Shown piece after piece: positions 29,227-37,462 of a DNA stretch of 37,462 nucleotides (position 1 is the stretch's first letter; every line of letters starts with the position of its first letter). This DNA comes from Candidatus Bathyarchaeota archaeon (GTDB lineage: Archaea; Thermoproteota; Bathyarchaeia; Bathyarchaeales; Bathycorpusculaceae), in NCBI GenBank assembly GCA_026015145.1, contig JAOZGY010000057.1, positions 1 to 37,462 on the forward strand, in the 5' to 3' direction. The notes under the pieces were generated by a model, which was given only the letters and a program-made list of their open reading frames with translations, ran no database searches and was not told the origin of the DNA. The position numbers and the translations under genes are program-made.

Positions 29227-29427
29227 ATCCGACTATTTCTTTTATCTTCAGTTTTCTAAGTGAAAGGTTAATTACTAGTTAATATCAAACGCGAATATAT
29301 ATGTTTTATCTTACGATTTAAGATTTAATTTTTTAAAAAATAAAAAAACAAGAAATTTACTTGTGACGGTTTCACTTCATATTTAAATAGATGTTAGGGA
29401 GGTTATCAGAATTAATAGTTGATCGCA

Positions 29428-30558
29428 ATGCAAAGCAAAAAAGAGGATTTAGCCGGCCCCAGTATTGGTAACTATGATGAACTGGAGAAAGTTTTGCCGA
29501 AAAATTACAAATCGATGTTAAATCTACTAGACACACAAAAAGCGATTTCGGCTGTGAAAAATTATATTGAGGAACATCTATGCAAAGAGCTTAATCTTGT
29601 CATGGTTCAAGTGCCATTAATAGTAGATGTAAAAAGTGGAATTAATGATCTTTTGGATCGTGATGGCTCACGCACTCCTGTGCAGTTTCATATTAGTAAC
29701 GATTTTAACAAAAATCCAATCGATGCCCAAGTAGTCCAAGCAGCGACTAAATGGAAAAGAATGGCTTTAAAACAGTTTAATCTAAAACCGGGTGAAGGAT
29801 TATGCACTGATATGCGTGCTGTACGAAAAGACTATTTTCTCGATCATGACCATAGCGCTTATGTAGACCAGTGGGACTGGGAAAAAGCTATAACCGAAAA
29901 TGAACGCAACCTCAAATATCTCAATAAAACTGTTGAAAAAATCTGGAAAGTAATCAAGGGAGCAGAATCCCATGTCCAAAAACTCTATCCTCAACTAGAA
30001 ACAGACAAATACCCAAATCTTCCTGAAAAACTCACTTTTCTCCATGCTGAAGACATTCTTGACAAATATCCTAAAACGCCCCGACAACAGCGTGAGACAA
30101 AGATTTTACAAGATTACCCAGGGATTTTCATTTACGGAATTGGTTGGCCTCTAAAAGATGGTTATCCTCATGAAATGAGAGCAACAGACTATGATGACTG
30201 GATCACAGAAACAAAATCACAAGATGGGAGACCAATGCATGGTCTTAACGGAGATATTCTCGTTTGGAATCCAGTTACAAAACGTCGCCACGAACTCACA
30301 TCAATGGGCATACGTGTTAACGCCCAAACTCTTAGAGCCCAACTTGAGTTTGCAGATCAACTTAACCTACTAAAGCACCCATATCACCAAGCTATAATAA
30401 ACAACAAAATTCCCCTAAGCATTGGAGGTGGAATTGGCCAATCTAGAACACAAATGATAATTCTCAAAAAAGCCCACATTGGCGAAGTTAGTGTTAGTGT
30501 ATGGCCTAAGATACTAAAAGAAATGTGCAAAAAAAGAAATATTATCGTTCTTAATTAG
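29428..30558 (+). CDS. asnA: aspartate-ammonia ligase (asparagine synthetase A)
   Basis: TQKAISAVKNYIEEHL, TDMRAVRKDYFLDHDHSAYVDQWDWEKAI and IGGGIGQSR are characteristic AsnA (class II aaRS-like) motifs. ATG is at 29428. Confidence 0.9.
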   Translation: MQSKKEDLAGPSIGNYDELEKVLPKNYKSMLNLLDTQKAISAVKNYIEEHLCKELNLVMVQVPLIVDVKSGINDLLDRDGSRTPVQFHISNDFNKNPIDAQVVQAATKWKRMALKQFNLKPGEGLCTDMRAVRKDYFLDHDHSAYVDQWDWEKAITENERNLKYLNKTVEKIWKVIKGAESHVQKLYPQLETDKYPNLPEKLTFLHAEDILDKYPKTPRQQRETKILQDYPGIFIYGIGWPLKDGYPHEMRATDYDDWITETKSQDGRPMHGLNGDILVWNPVTKRRHELTSMGIRVNAQTLRAQLEFADQLNLLKHPYHQAIINNKIPLSIGGGIGQSRTQMIILKKAHIGEVSVSVWPKILKEMCKKRNIIVLN

Positions 30559-30709
30559 TCATCTTGTACAAATCAAAGAAATAGAAAGTTATGGAGTAGA
30601 AATTATAATCATTCATAGGTTCTAAGATATCTAATCCTTACTGGTTTTCTAAGAACCGATAATAATTTGAGATATTTTTTGGTAATTAATTTTTAAAATC
30701 AATGCAAAA

Positions 30710-30967
30710 TTATTCTTTCTTTTTTGGTCCCCTTAAAACAACAACAGTTACTAAAATAAACAAAACTAAAATTCCACCAAATATGGACAAAACCAATCTT
30801 AATATCGGATCAGAATGGTAAACCACATCAGTTGGAAGACCAAGCAAATAAGCTACCAAGAAAGCTCCTGCAAAAATAGCACCAATTCCTTCAAAGACAA
30901 ACAAAAACTTGGATACTTGATTATCATTTAAATGCAACAAATCAATCCTCCAATATCTTAACGCCAA
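30710..30967 (-). CDS. small membrane protein (85 aa)
   Basis: Two hydrophobic helices and a KKKE tail. No further motif. Confidence 0.4.
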   Translation of the reverse strand: MALRYWRIDLLHLNDNQVSKFLFVFEGIGAIFAGAFLVAYLLGLPTDVVYHSDPILRLVLSIFGGILVLFILVTVVVLRGPKKKE

Positions 30968-31102
30968 TATATAATAAGCGAATAATAAAACTATCGATAA
31001 TATCCATTTTTATAAAAACAAAGGCATTAATCATCCTGATGGATCAGGATTCCAAAAGAATAATATACCAAAACAAGGTGAAAAGATAAAAGGAGAAAGA
31101 AT

Positions 31103-31993
31103 ATGACGGAAGCTAAGTTAAACTCATCAATAAAAACTGGTTTATTAATTGTTGCTCTAACTTGGTTCTTATTCACTTTTTACGAATTCACCAAAGGCGC
31201 ATTTAACATCTATAAAGGTACATTTTGGATTGAGCTCACAGACACAGCAGGTGTTATTGGTCTTGGATTTAGAGCAGTAGCTGGCTTTATAGCAGTAATA
31301 ACGATTTTATTCTTCATCTTTAAAAAAGATCTCTCAAAACCAGAAACCATGATGTCAATAAGATGGATTATCCTTGGTGAAGCAGTATGTTTCCTATCTA
31401 TTTTTCTGGTAGTAATATGGGGTTTAGATATTCTAGCTAATTTTGGTTTAAATGAGTTTGGCTTACCATTTTTTGTGGGTAGCACTATACCTGTTTTATT
31501 TGAGTCAGTGGCAATCCCTTTTGTTTTGATTAAACTGTTTTTGTCATTAAATCCAAACAAGCCAATCTCTAATGTTATTAAATGGAGTTTAATTTCAGGC
31601 ACTATTTACATTTTTATGGTTTGGTTTAATAATGCTAGCGCTTGGATAGTGGCAGTGTTAGCACAGGGAATTGATTATGTTACTCTCTATCCAGCTAACA
31701 TTTTTAGTTTTATTTTAACCACAGTTGGATTGCTTGCACTTGGACTCTACGCAGCATATTTCACGAAAAAATCCATAAACGAACAAACCTTAGAAAAAAT
31801 AAACCTAAGAAAAGTAGGATTAATAATGACTTCTCTGGGTTCGTATTTCTTAATTATTTATGTGATGTGGCTTTTACTTGGAAGCGTTGGCGGTTGGAGT
31901 GACTGGCATGCTTGGTTCCTTGGACATAATGTTGACTTGTGGATGATGACAATTCCTCTAGTTGGAATCCCCTTACTTTTTAAGAAAAAGTAA
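31103..31993 (+). CDS. polytopic membrane protein of unknown function (296 aa)
   Basis: About eight hydrophobic segments. GGAG-containing aaggagaaagaat lies directly upstream of the ATG. Confidence 0.6.
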   Translation: MTEAKLNSSIKTGLLIVALTWFLFTFYEFTKGAFNIYKGTFWIELTDTAGVIGLGFRAVAGFIAVITILFFIFKKDLSKPETMMSIRWIILGEAVCFLSIFLVVIWGLDILANFGLNEFGLPFFVGSTIPVLFESVAIPFVLIKLFLSLNPNKPISNVIKWSLISGTIYIFMVWFNNASAWIVAVLAQGIDYVTLYPANIFSFILTTVGLLALGLYAAYFTKKSINEQTLEKINLRKVGLIMTSLGSYFLIIYVMWLLLGSVGGWSDWHAWFLGHNVDLWMMTIPLVGIPLLFKKK

Positions 31994-32075
31994 GCGCAGA
32001 TAAACAGTCCAGGAATAAAAAGCTAATCTTAGCTTATTTCACATTCATTTATATATATTGTTCGAGCCCAAATAA

Positions 32076-32909
32076 ATGAAAATATTTAATCGTATGTACA
32101 AAATGGTGAATAACATATTAAAAAAACAGCTACAAACAACAATATTGATATTAATAATCGCGGTCACATCAAGCGTTATAGTCTTTGTCATACTCAATGG
32201 AACATCCCAGCAAACACCAGTAAACTATACTTATGAAATCCTAGAGTCATACTCCCATGACCAAACAGCATTCACTCAAGGACTTGAATTCGATAATGGT
32301 TTCTTATTTGAGGGTACAGGTCTCTACAATCAATCAACACTCAGAAAAGTGGAATTAGAAACAGGAACAGTCTTAGAAAGTATTTCTTTACCAGAACAGT
32401 ATTTTGGAGAAGGTATTACGATTTTTAATAATAGAATCATACAGCTAACCTGGAGATCTCAGAAAGGTTTTGTATATGAAAAGGACTCCTTCGAGCTTTT
32501 ATCTGATTTTAGTTATCCGACTGAAGGATGGGGTATAACTAATGATGGATTTCAACTGATAATGAGTGATGGAACCTCAACTTTGTTCTTTTTAAATCCT
32601 GAAACCTATGAAACAGTTAAGCAAATTGATGTAGTAGATCAAGAACCAGTCACAAACCTTAATGAACTTGAATATATCCAAGGAAGAATTTACGCAAATA
32701 TTTTTCAACAAGACAAAATAGCAATAATAAATCCTCAAACCGGAAAAGTAGAAGCCTGGCTGGATTTGACTGAAATAAGCAAAGAAGATACACAAAATCC
32801 CAATAATGTGCTCAATGGAATCGCATATGACTCAGAAAAAGATAGATTATTTATAACAGGAAAAAGATGGTCAAAACTTTTCCAAATTGAACTGATAAAA
32901 CTAGATTAA
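32076..32909 (+). CDS. glutaminyl-peptide cyclotransferase (beta-propeller, plant/bacterial type), membrane anchored
   Basis: YSHDQTAFTQGLEFDNGFLFEGTGLYNQSTLRKVELETG, GEGITIFNNRIIQLTW, GWGITNDG and LNELEYIQGRIYANI match the glutamine cyclotransferase family. Confidence 0.8.
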   Translation: MKIFNRMYKMVNNILKKQLQTTILILIIAVTSSVIVFVILNGTSQQTPVNYTYEILESYSHDQTAFTQGLEFDNGFLFEGTGLYNQSTLRKVELETGTVLESISLPEQYFGEGITIFNNRIIQLTWRSQKGFVYEKDSFELLSDFSYPTEGWGITNDGFQLIMSDGTSTLFFLNPETYETVKQIDVVDQEPVTNLNELEYIQGRIYANIFQQDKIAIINPQTGKVEAWLDLTEISKEDTQNPNNVLNGIAYDSEKDRLFITGKRWSKLFQIELIKLD

Positions 32910-33184
32910 TTAAAGGAAACAAGAAATAAATCCGTGAATTTTCTTCCGGGATGGTTTACTAGAAAAAGAGGAACTGTTCGCCCTGAGCAAATTCTTTATT
33001 TTCGGTTTATTTGTCAAATTGAGGCCGAATTATGGTTTTTTCCCTTTAACGACACATAAACCTTTTTATACATGAACCCAAGCAGTGGGTATGTCACATT
33101 AATCATGTTACTTTAGATAGCTTCTATTAGCTTTTTGAAAATACCACCATGAAAAGAAATTTGTGGCAGGAGAAATAAAAAATA

Positions 33185-34321
33185 ATGAGTATTCAATCTT
33201 TCAAAGACTTACCTTTGAGTATGGAAGTCTTGAATAGTATCAGAGATCTTGGATTTGAAAAACTTTTTCCAATTCAAGCTCACGCAATAGTGCCGCTACT
33301 TAACGGCAAAGATGTTATAGGACAAGCCCGCACTGGGACAGGGAAAACAGCAGCCTTTGGAGTACCAATGGTAGAAAGAATAAATCCCAAAATCAGAAAA
33401 GTTCAAGGTTTGGTTTTAGTTCCAACTCGCGAACTTGCGATTCAAGTGGCAAAACACATAAAATTTATTGCAAACCACATGAAACTAAGGGTTTTAGCAG
33501 TATATGGTGGTGAACCGATCCACAGACAGATCCGAGAATTATCTCGGGGAACACACATTGTTGTGGGTACTCCGGGAAGAACAATAGATCTACTCGAAAG
33601 AGGTCAACTGAACTTATCCTCAACAAAGATAGTGGTTTTGGATGAAGCAGACAGAATGTTAGATATGGGATTTATCGAAGATATTGACCATATACTTTCA
33701 AGAACCCCTTCAAATAGACAAACAAGCCTTTTTTCAGCAACTATAGATAAAAATGTAATCAAAATCTGCAACAGATACATGAAAAATCCTGAAAAAATAC
33801 TTGTAAGCAAAGATGAAATCGCACTAACACAAATGAAACAATTCTATATGCTTGTAAATCCCTATAACAAATTCGAAATTCTTCTGGATATACTAGAAAA
33901 AAATCAGATAGATAGAGCAATAATATTCTGCAAAACACGCAGGGGTACAAGCAAACTATCAGACAAACTCAAAAGAGTTGGATATAATGTTAAAGCACTT
34001 CACGCAGGATTCACTCAATCTCAAAGAAACCATGTAATAACTGAGTTCAGAGAAGGAAAACTAGGCTTACTAACCGCAACTGATGTTGCATCAAGAGGTC
34101 TAGATATTCAAGGAATAACACATATCATCAACTATGATGTACCCATGGAAGCACCAGTTTACTTCCATCGAATTGGCAGAACAGCTAGAATGGGCCAAGA
34201 TGGAACTGCTATAACCCTTGTAGGTTATGGAGAAATTTCAGGATTTAACAACATCAAAGCTCTAACAAAAACAACAATAGAAGAAATAACTGACCTTCCA
34301 ACAATTCAAACTCTTTTCTAA
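33185..34321 (+). CDS. DEAD-box ATP-dependent RNA helicase (378 aa, core only)
   Basis: Q motif (FPIQ), ARTGTGKT, PTRELA, VLDEADRML, SAT, ATDVASRGLD and HRIGRTAR. Confidence 0.92.
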   Translation: MSIQSFKDLPLSMEVLNSIRDLGFEKLFPIQAHAIVPLLNGKDVIGQARTGTGKTAAFGVPMVERINPKIRKVQGLVLVPTRELAIQVAKHIKFIANHMKLRVLAVYGGEPIHRQIRELSRGTHIVVGTPGRTIDLLERGQLNLSSTKIVVLDEADRMLDMGFIEDIDHILSRTPSNRQTSLFSATIDKNVIKICNRYMKNPEKILVSKDEIALTQMKQFYMLVNPYNKFEILLDILEKNQIDRAIIFCKTRRGTSKLSDKLKRVGYNVKALHAGFTQSQRNHVITEFREGKLGLLTATDVASRGLDIQGITHIINYDVPMEAPVYFHRIGRTARMGQDGTAITLVGYGEISGFNNIKALTKTTIEEITDLPTIQTLF

Positions 34322-34378
34322 CCACTAACCATAATAAGTAGATGACACAAATTCTCCCATGAGGTAGAGACAAAAGAA

Positions 34379-34522
34379 ATGGCAAGAGATCCTGTTTGCG
34401 GCATGGTTTTAGATGAAAACACAGCAAAATACAAGATCACATATCAAGGCGAAACCTTCCATTTTTGTAGTGTAGTCTGCAAAAAAAGATTCAAAAGACG
34501 AAAAACCAAGTATATCAAATAA
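34379..34522 (+). CDS. 47-aa TRASH/YHS-type metal-binding mini-protein
   Basis: Below the track cutoff. Hand translation: MARDPVCGMVLDENTAKYKITYQGETFHFCSVVCKKRFKRRKTKYIK. DPVCGM...Y.G..F.FCS..C..F is the TRASH/YHS signature. Confidence 0.6.
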   Translation: MARDPVCGMVLDENTAKYKITYQGETFHFCSVVCKKRFKRRKTKYIK

Positions 34523-34676
34523 CATTCACCAGAATAATAACAAGCAGTTTTTTCAAAATAAAACGGTTTTCTTAGAACAAGTATTAAGAAAACAACAATT
34601 GAAAACCAATTTGAATAATCTAGATCAAATTTTATTGATAAGAATTAAGCAATATATAGAAAAATTTTTTCTATTA

Positions 34677-35957
34677 TTACAGTTTTTCTCCGTTAGAGAT
34701 ATCCATCATAGTTAGTCCAGAATATGGTTTTGGATAAAAATCTGTTGATTTTTCAGGCAATCGCCAACCGTTCTGGGCTATTCTCCAAACTATTTTTGGA
34801 TCAATTGGATTAACTAAAAAGGCTAATTTGGCTTCTCTACTATCTACTTTTTCAAGAGCCACCTTAATTGATTCAGCATATAGAATATCTTGATGCATTT
34901 TCAATTTGCCAATACCCATCACGCGTTTGAAAACTAAATCCCTTAAAACAATGACATCAATAAGGCCAGCCTCTTTAGATTTGGCATTATTTATGATCGT
35001 GGAAGCTTGGGTTTCATTTTTTAAAAGCAGTCCATAAGCCTTTGTTCCATTGTAAACGCAAAAGGCATGTTTTTGAGAGTTCTTCTTAAGAAAAGAATCT
35101 AAAGATTCAACTGTTGGATCAACAATTTGAAGTGAAAAAAACTCACTTAATTTATTTAATATTGTCGGTGTCAACTCAAATTCTTTTAAAGCTCTGTGAG
35201 TTGGCAAAACCACAAGCCCATCTTCCTCAACTGGAACGATATAGGACATGTGAAAATTATAAGCGGAGTCTTTTGTCCATTCTTCTTTTTTTCGTCTATC
35301 ATCTCTGTAAATTATAGCACTCTCATATCTGTGATGGCCATCAGCAACAACAAGTATCTTATCTTTTAGAGCATCTCTAACAAATTCAATCGATTGGAAA
35401 TCAGATATTTTCCAGATTGTGTGTTTAATCCCAGATGAGTCTTTGAAATCAATTAGGGGTGGAGTCTGGGTGATTCTTGAAAAGAAATTTATTGTTATTT
35501 TTTTAGGATCAGAATAAATAAGAAAAACTGGTTCAAGGTCTTTTTGAAGCGATTCTAACATTTTTGTTCGATCAGTTTTAGGTTCTTTATAGGTAACTTC
35601 GTGTGGAAAAACAGTATTTTCATTATAAGGATAAAGATAAATAGCAGCAATTAATCCAATGCGAACACAATTTTTTTCTCCTAGTTGAAATTCTTGTCTA
35701 GATACAAAAATCGCAGGTTCTTTATCCTTAATCAAGATTTGATTATTCATCCATTCAACAATTCTCTTCTGGGCTACTTCATACTTGTTATTTTCAATCG
35801 GTAGGATCAATCGACAATAATTATAAATTGACTTATTATAATAGCTCCTTTGCATTAAAGAATCAATTTTATCATATGGCTGAGTAATTAGATCAATTAT
35901 AGACCCTGCTTTTTTTGAATACCGTATAGCTTTGAAAGGTCTAATATCAACCAACAA
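34677..35957 (-). CDS. DUF1015 family protein (426 aa, TTG start)
   Basis: The N-terminal IRPFKAIRY and the central ADGHHRYESA are DUF1015 hallmarks. Confidence 0.85.
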   Translation of the reverse strand: MLVDIRPFKAIRYSKKAGSIIDLITQPYDKIDSLMQRSYYNKSIYNYCRLILPIENNKYEVAQKRIVEWMNNQILIKDKEPAIFVSRQEFQLGEKNCVRIGLIAAIYLYPYNENTVFPHEVTYKEPKTDRTKMLESLQKDLEPVFLIYSDPKKITINFFSRITQTPPLIDFKDSSGIKHTIWKISDFQSIEFVRDALKDKILVVADGHHRYESAIIYRDDRRKKEEWTKDSAYNFHMSYIVPVEEDGLVVLPTHRALKEFELTPTILNKLSEFFSLQIVDPTVESLDSFLKKNSQKHAFCVYNGTKAYGLLLKNETQASTIINNAKSKEAGLIDVIVLRDLVFKRVMGIGKLKMHQDILYAESIKVALEKVDSREAKLAFLVNPIDPKIVWRIAQNGWRLPEKSTDFYPKPYSGLTMMDISNGEKL

Positions 35958-36134
35958 ATTCAGCTCACAAAATTCCTACTTAAAGCAACTAAGTACTTTT
36001 GCAAATGGTTGTAAGACTTCTTATTTGTCAAAGTTTCAAGGAAAAAATTATAGATTTTACCTAAATTAATAACTCCCAACATTAATGAAATGAACCTTCT
36101 TCAACAATTATAATAAAAGACATCATTATACAAC

Positions 36135-37214
36135 TCATTTTTCTAATTCCCAAATATCATCAATAATAGCAAGCACCTTTTTTATTTCATTTATACTCCA
36201 TTCACCCATATGACCAATACGAAAAGTCTTTTCCTTTAGTTTTCCATAACCATTTGAAATCAAAAATCCTTTTTTTGCAAGTTTTGCAATTAACTCGTCA
36301 ATATTCTTTTTTCTAGTATTTTTTATACATGTTAAAGTAACTGACTCAAATCCTATTTCAGGAAACAATTCAAAATACTTTTTTGCCCAATCACGAGTAT
36401 ACTTAGCCATTTTTATGTGACGCCCAATAACTTGATCGTATGTTTCCTTAAGCAATAAGTCCATTCGTTTATCCAAAGCATACATAAGCGAGATGTTTGG
36501 AGTGAAAGGTGTTTGATGTTTTTTTTCAAACTCAAATATCTTAACTAAATCAGTGTAAGAACCACGATTAGAAACGCAAACCGCTCTCTTTATTGCTCTA
36601 TCTGATACTAAGCTTATGCAAAGACCCGGGGGTAAAGCAAAACATTTTTGTGAAGAAGCAAAAATAACATCACACCCAATTTCTGCTGGCAAAATTTTGT
36701 CACCTGCCATTGAAGAAACACTATCAACTGCAAAAATAATCTTTGGATATTCTCTTCTAATAAAATCTCCAATTTCATAAATGGGATTTCTTACTCCAGT
36801 AGATGATTCATTATGGCACATAACAACTGTATCGTATTTCTTAGATTCTAGTTTATCAGCAATCATTCTGGTTTTTACTGCTTTCCCCCAATCCACTTCA
36901 ACAAGATCAACTTTTTTTCCACAATTTTTAATTGTCTGTGCAAACCGTGATGAAAAAGCACCATTAACACACACAAGCGCATTTTCTTTTACAATGCTTC
37001 TTCCAACAATATCAAACCACAAAGTTCCAGAAGACGTAGTCACCGTAGGATTATATTCATCAGGTAATCTAAAGAAGTTAGTTAGTTTGCTCTTTATTCC
37101 ACGATATAAATCAGAAAAAGCTTTTCCTCTGTGCCCTATGAGGTGTCTAACTTGCTCTTGGAGGATTTCCTGACTTACTTCTGTAGGACCAGGAATTAAC
37201 AATTTCTTGTGCAT
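36135..37214 (-). CDS. class-V aminotransferase (serine-pyruvate / phosphoserine aminotransferase-like)
   Basis: LLIPGPTEV at the N-terminus and the PLP-Lys motif FASSQKCFALPPGL. Length and pattern fit the archaeal AGXT/SerC-like group. Confidence 0.88.
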   Translation of the reverse strand: MHKKLLIPGPTEVSQEILQEQVRHLIGHRGKAFSDLYRGIKSKLTNFFRLPDEYNPTVTTSSGTLWFDIVGRSIVKENALVCVNGAFSSRFAQTIKNCGKKVDLVEVDWGKAVKTRMIADKLESKKYDTVVMCHNESSTGVRNPIYEIGDFIRREYPKIIFAVDSVSSMAGDKILPAEIGCDVIFASSQKCFALPPGLCISLVSDRAIKRAVCVSNRGSYTDLVKIFEFEKKHQTPFTPNISLMYALDKRMDLLLKETYDQVIGRHIKMAKYTRDWAKKYFELFPEIGFESVTLTCIKNTRKKNIDELIAKLAKKGFLISNGYGKLKEKTFRIGHMGEWSINEIKKVLAIIDDIWELEK

Positions 37215-37462
37215 TTTAATAAATCTCCTTTTTAGATCGAAACAGAATAGTTAATTGTATTTTGCTGAAGATCATGAAGGTTTTTCCTTCTTAGATCCTG
37301 TTTTTCTAATAGACGAGTCACTATATACAACTTTAATCAAGCAACGAAATGACAAAATCAAATTAAAGGTTAACTGTTGATTAACCTAAAAAATGCATAT
37401 TTAGTCAATAATTATAAAAATTATTCTTTTTGAAATTAAATTATCTATAAAATATGGCTTAG

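Overview
AT-rich archaeal chromosomal segment. An L35Ae ribosomal protein (archaea/eukaryote-specific), TRAM and DUF996-like proteins, frequent TTG/GTG starts and TATA-like boxes about 25-35 nt upstream of starts all point to an archaeon; the lineage cannot be set from this window. From about 17 kb to the right end the content is ordinary housekeeping: an Lpd-like flavoprotein with an in-frame stop, a BMP-family nucleoside ABC transporter operon next to a nucleoside phosphorylase and a PGM/PMM-family mutase, a nitrilase-superfamily hydrolase, AlaX, a transglutaminase-like protein, AsnA, glutaminyl cyclase, a DEAD-box helicase, DUF1015 and a class-V aminotransferase. From about 0.6 to 17 kb the content is an accessory patchwork: many mini-proteins (Zn-ribbons, TRAM, DUF4177-like), a HEAT-repeat protein, a compositionally foreign GC-rich katG, a Lys-rich 547-aa coiled-coil orphan, an orphan LivJ-like binding protein, and a 1312-aa TPR-like protein ending in a KaiC/RecA-like domain with a destroyed Walker A. 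The main observation is a repeat family that no ORF explains. Six clear copies and one weak copy all lie on the + strand in intergenic gaps. The best copies carry a 50-nt tRNA-like core (acceptor-like stem, small hairpin, canonical TTCGAAT T-loop) preceded by an A-run/G-run and followed by T-runs. These copies bracket katG, the coiled-coil gene, and, as near-identical direct repeats exactly 5531 nt apart, the binding-protein/giant-protein pair. A dense array of GTTCCC hexamers next to a very AT-rich tract (8.8-9.4 kb) is a second unexplained non-coding structure. No rRNA, canonical tRNA, CRISPR array, transposase or integrase was recognised.
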